Origin: Eledone cirrhosa
Taxonomy: Eukaryota
Direction of reading: 5' to 3'
DNA length: 64,000 nucleotides
Assembly (NCBI GenBank): GCA_964016885.1
Contig: OZ024740.1
Span: 386,570,001 to 386,634,000 of the forward strand
This document shows positions 63,569 to 64,000 of this stretch, piece by piece; position 1 is the first letter of the stretch; the number at the start of each line of letters is the position of its first letter. The notes under the pieces were generated by a model. The model ran no database searches. It had not been told where the DNA came from and saw nothing but the letters and a program-made list of their open reading frames with translations. The translations under genes and the position numbers were made by a program.

Positions 63569-64000
63569 GATGAACACAGTAGCCGCTGAGCGAAATTTTT
63601 TTCAACTGCCGCACACGTGGTTTAACTTTCATGAACCCGCTAACGACAACATATTTGAAAGGAAAAAATTAGCTGTATTTTCAAAATTATAGGCACACGT
63701 GGTAGTACCATGAATAGCTGAAGTAAAATGTAGCACCGAGCAAGTAAGATGGTGACTTCAAAACGAAAGCTTGGTTGAATCGACGACACGAGGGACAATA
63801 ATTTTGTTTTCTATTTTGTTCGCCCCACACGAACTGACTGAAATAAAACGAATTTCCTGGAGTCATGAATAATTTTTTTTTTATGTGTAGTTGTTGGGTT
63901 TACCATTTTAGTGGAGTTGTTTAGCAATATATTGTGTAGCAATAAATTGTAATAGTGTATGAAAATATTTGTCACAACTTTTATACGCTGTTGAATAAAT

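Larger units (their letters stand above)
59124..64000 (-). mobile_element. Ty3/Gypsy LTR retrotransposon, degenerate
   Basis: Domain order gag-PR-RT-RNaseH-INT with many frameshifts; 5' boundary not determined. Confidence 0.92.

Noticed and set aside
63600-64000. 5' LTR or PBS of the Gypsy element
   Set aside because: No match to 59124-59381 seen; probably outside the window or lost.

Overview
Repeat-dominated animal DNA, probably cephalopod (octopus-like), inferred from the SINE families and the (TA)n/(CA)n/(CATA)n density. I found no supportable host gene, and most ORF-track entries are microsatellite translation artefacts. The window is a nest of mostly decayed mobile elements: Penelope-like elements (PLEs; RT plus C-terminal GIY-YIG with a CxC-CPL-C linker, Neptune-like), RTE, CR1 and R2-group LINE pieces, five Helitron/HINE elements, Tc1/mariner MITEs, SINEs and a Ty3/Gypsy element at the right end. 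The main unannotated signal is about 20 type-I hammerhead ribozyme (HHR) motifs, folded by eye, from about 10 sequence families. They sit at PLE 3' ends, in short non-coding ~480-620 nt units with terminal direct repeats (retrozyme-like), and in tandem units built largely of microsatellite. Most are inserted in (TA)n tracts, and many carry 5' fold-back inversions. Structures were read manually and ribozyme activity is untested.
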